Shown piece after piece: positions 63,402 to 64,000 of a DNA stretch of 64,000 nucleotides. Made by a program: the position numbers and the translations under genes. The notes under the pieces are model-generated. The model searched no databases. It was not told where the DNA came from and saw only the letters and a program-made list of their open reading frames with translations. Position 1 is the first letter of the stretch. Every line of letters starts with the position of its first letter. The DNA is from Burkholderiaceae bacterium (lineage in GTDB: Bacteria; Pseudomonadota; Gammaproteobacteria; Burkholderiales; Burkholderiaceae_C): the NCBI GenBank assembly GCA_036500605.1, contig DASYBU010000014.1:3150-67149 (forward strand), written 5' to 3'.

Positions 63402-63424
63402 GCTGGCGAGGATACGATCGCCGG

Positions 63425-63784
63425 ATGATTTCCGCCACCTGCCATTGCGGCGCGGTCCGCATCGAGATTCCGGCCGCGCCTGAACGCGTCACCGATTGCA
63501 ATTGCTCGCTGTGCCGTCGTGTGGGCGGCTTGTGGGCCTACTACCCGCTCGATGCCGTGCGTTTCTCCGGCCATCCGGAACATACGGACGAATACATCTG
63601 GGGCGACAAGACGATTCGCAATGTGCGCTGCAAGCACTGCGGCAACGCCACCCATTGGGAGCCGCTCGACCCCGCCAAGGATGCGCGTTATGGCATCAAC
63701 ATGAGCATGTTCGAGCCGTCTGTCTACGCCAACGCGCAGGTGCGGCATTTCGACGGCGCCGACACCTGGACCTATCTCGACTAG
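63425..63784 (+). CDS. GFA-family (CENP-V/glutathione-dependent formaldehyde-activating-like) zinc protein
   Basis: MISATCHCGAVRIEI...CNCSLCRRVG...CKHCGN gives the Cys ligand pattern of the GFA fold. Confidence 0.7.
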   Translation: MISATCHCGAVRIEIPAAPERVTDCNCSLCRRVGGLWAYYPLDAVRFSGHPEHTDEYIWGDKTIRNVRCKHCGNATHWEPLDPAKDARYGINMSMFEPSVYANAQVRHFDGADTWTYLD

Positions 63785-63796
63785 GAGCTCTTTCCC

Positions 63797-64000
63797 ATGC
63801 CCATTGACGGCGCAGCACACTCGATCTACTTCTATCTGGCCATCGGCGCCTTCATCGCCTGGCGCGTCTACAAGCGCATCAGCCGCCTGGTCGGACGGCA
63901 GCGCCTGCACCCGGTCCGGCCCTGGGCCACGCTGATCATCTTCCCGCTGCTGCTGGCGCTGATCAGCCTGGGCGCGCTGGCGCATCCGAACAGCCTGCTC
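63797..64000 (+). CDS. Small membrane protein, 5' part only (runs off the window end)
   Basis: The ATG at 63797 opens a frame reading MPIDGAAHSIYFYLAIGAFIAWRVYKRISRLVGRQ...TLIIFPLLLALISLGALAHPNSL, which is two predicted transmembrane helices. No stop lies inside the window. Confidence 0.3.
   Translation, partial: MPIDGAAHSIYFYLAIGAFIAWRVYKRISRLVGRQRLHPVRPWATLIIFPLLLALISLGALAHPNSLL

Overview
This 64 kb window is a high-GC (about 68%) chromosomal stretch that looks betaproteobacterial, most plausibly Burkholderiales; this is inference from composition and gene content only. Coding density is high and many neighbouring genes overlap by 1-4 bp. I found no transposase, integrase or CRISPR array. 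Many of the long ORFs in the six-frame track are GC-driven antisense artefacts, and I resolved each locus to the strand that carries recognisable motifs. Contents in order: a partial sterol-desaturase-family gene at the left edge; a histidine phosphatase and a DUF1840 gene; a c-di-GMP operon with a PAS/degenerate-GGDEF/EAL protein translationally coupled to an HD-GYP protein; a beta-ketoadipyl-CoA thiolase with an IclR (PcaR-like) regulator; a lipoprotein pair (a DUF11-like triple-repeat protein and a GH28 polygalacturonase-like protein) with an unusual AT-rich twin-palindrome promoter region; a two-gene module of a 773-aa transglutaminase-like protein and a 430-aa lipase-like alpha/beta hydrolase whose function is unknown; paaH-like 3-hydroxyacyl-CoA dehydrogenase and an enoyl-CoA hydratase; glucokinase with a LacI regulator; an HU protein with a Lys/Ala-rich tail; tRNA-Leu(CAG); a saccharopine-pathway lysine catabolic cluster (amaB-like ALDH7, saccharopine dehydrogenase, Lrp) separated by a nested inverted-repeat RNA element; a second sterol desaturase paralog with NnrU; a VOC, flavin reductase and SAM-methyltransferase trio; a flotillin; a cation:proton antiporter; YlqF/RbgA; MtfA-like peptidase; an orphan CheZ next to a membrane GGDEF protein; a three-subunit GMC-type dehydrogenase (TAT small subunit, flavoprotein, monoheme cytochrome c) followed by DUF4399; an Lrp regulator divergent from indolepyruvate ferredoxin oxidoreductase; and an MSHA-type type IV pilus cluster (mshI/J/K/L/E, four prepilins). 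The pilus cluster is the most unusual locus in the window: the platform gene mshG is truncated after about 65 codons, a roughly 300-bp direct repeat flanks a roughly 909-aa secreted MshQ-like ORF, that ORF begins with an (ATGCGG)n start-codon repeat, and the MshE ATPase retains both c-di-GMP-binding MshEN motifs. A two-component system, a GH18 chitinase, a secreted unknown protein and a GFA-family protein close the window.
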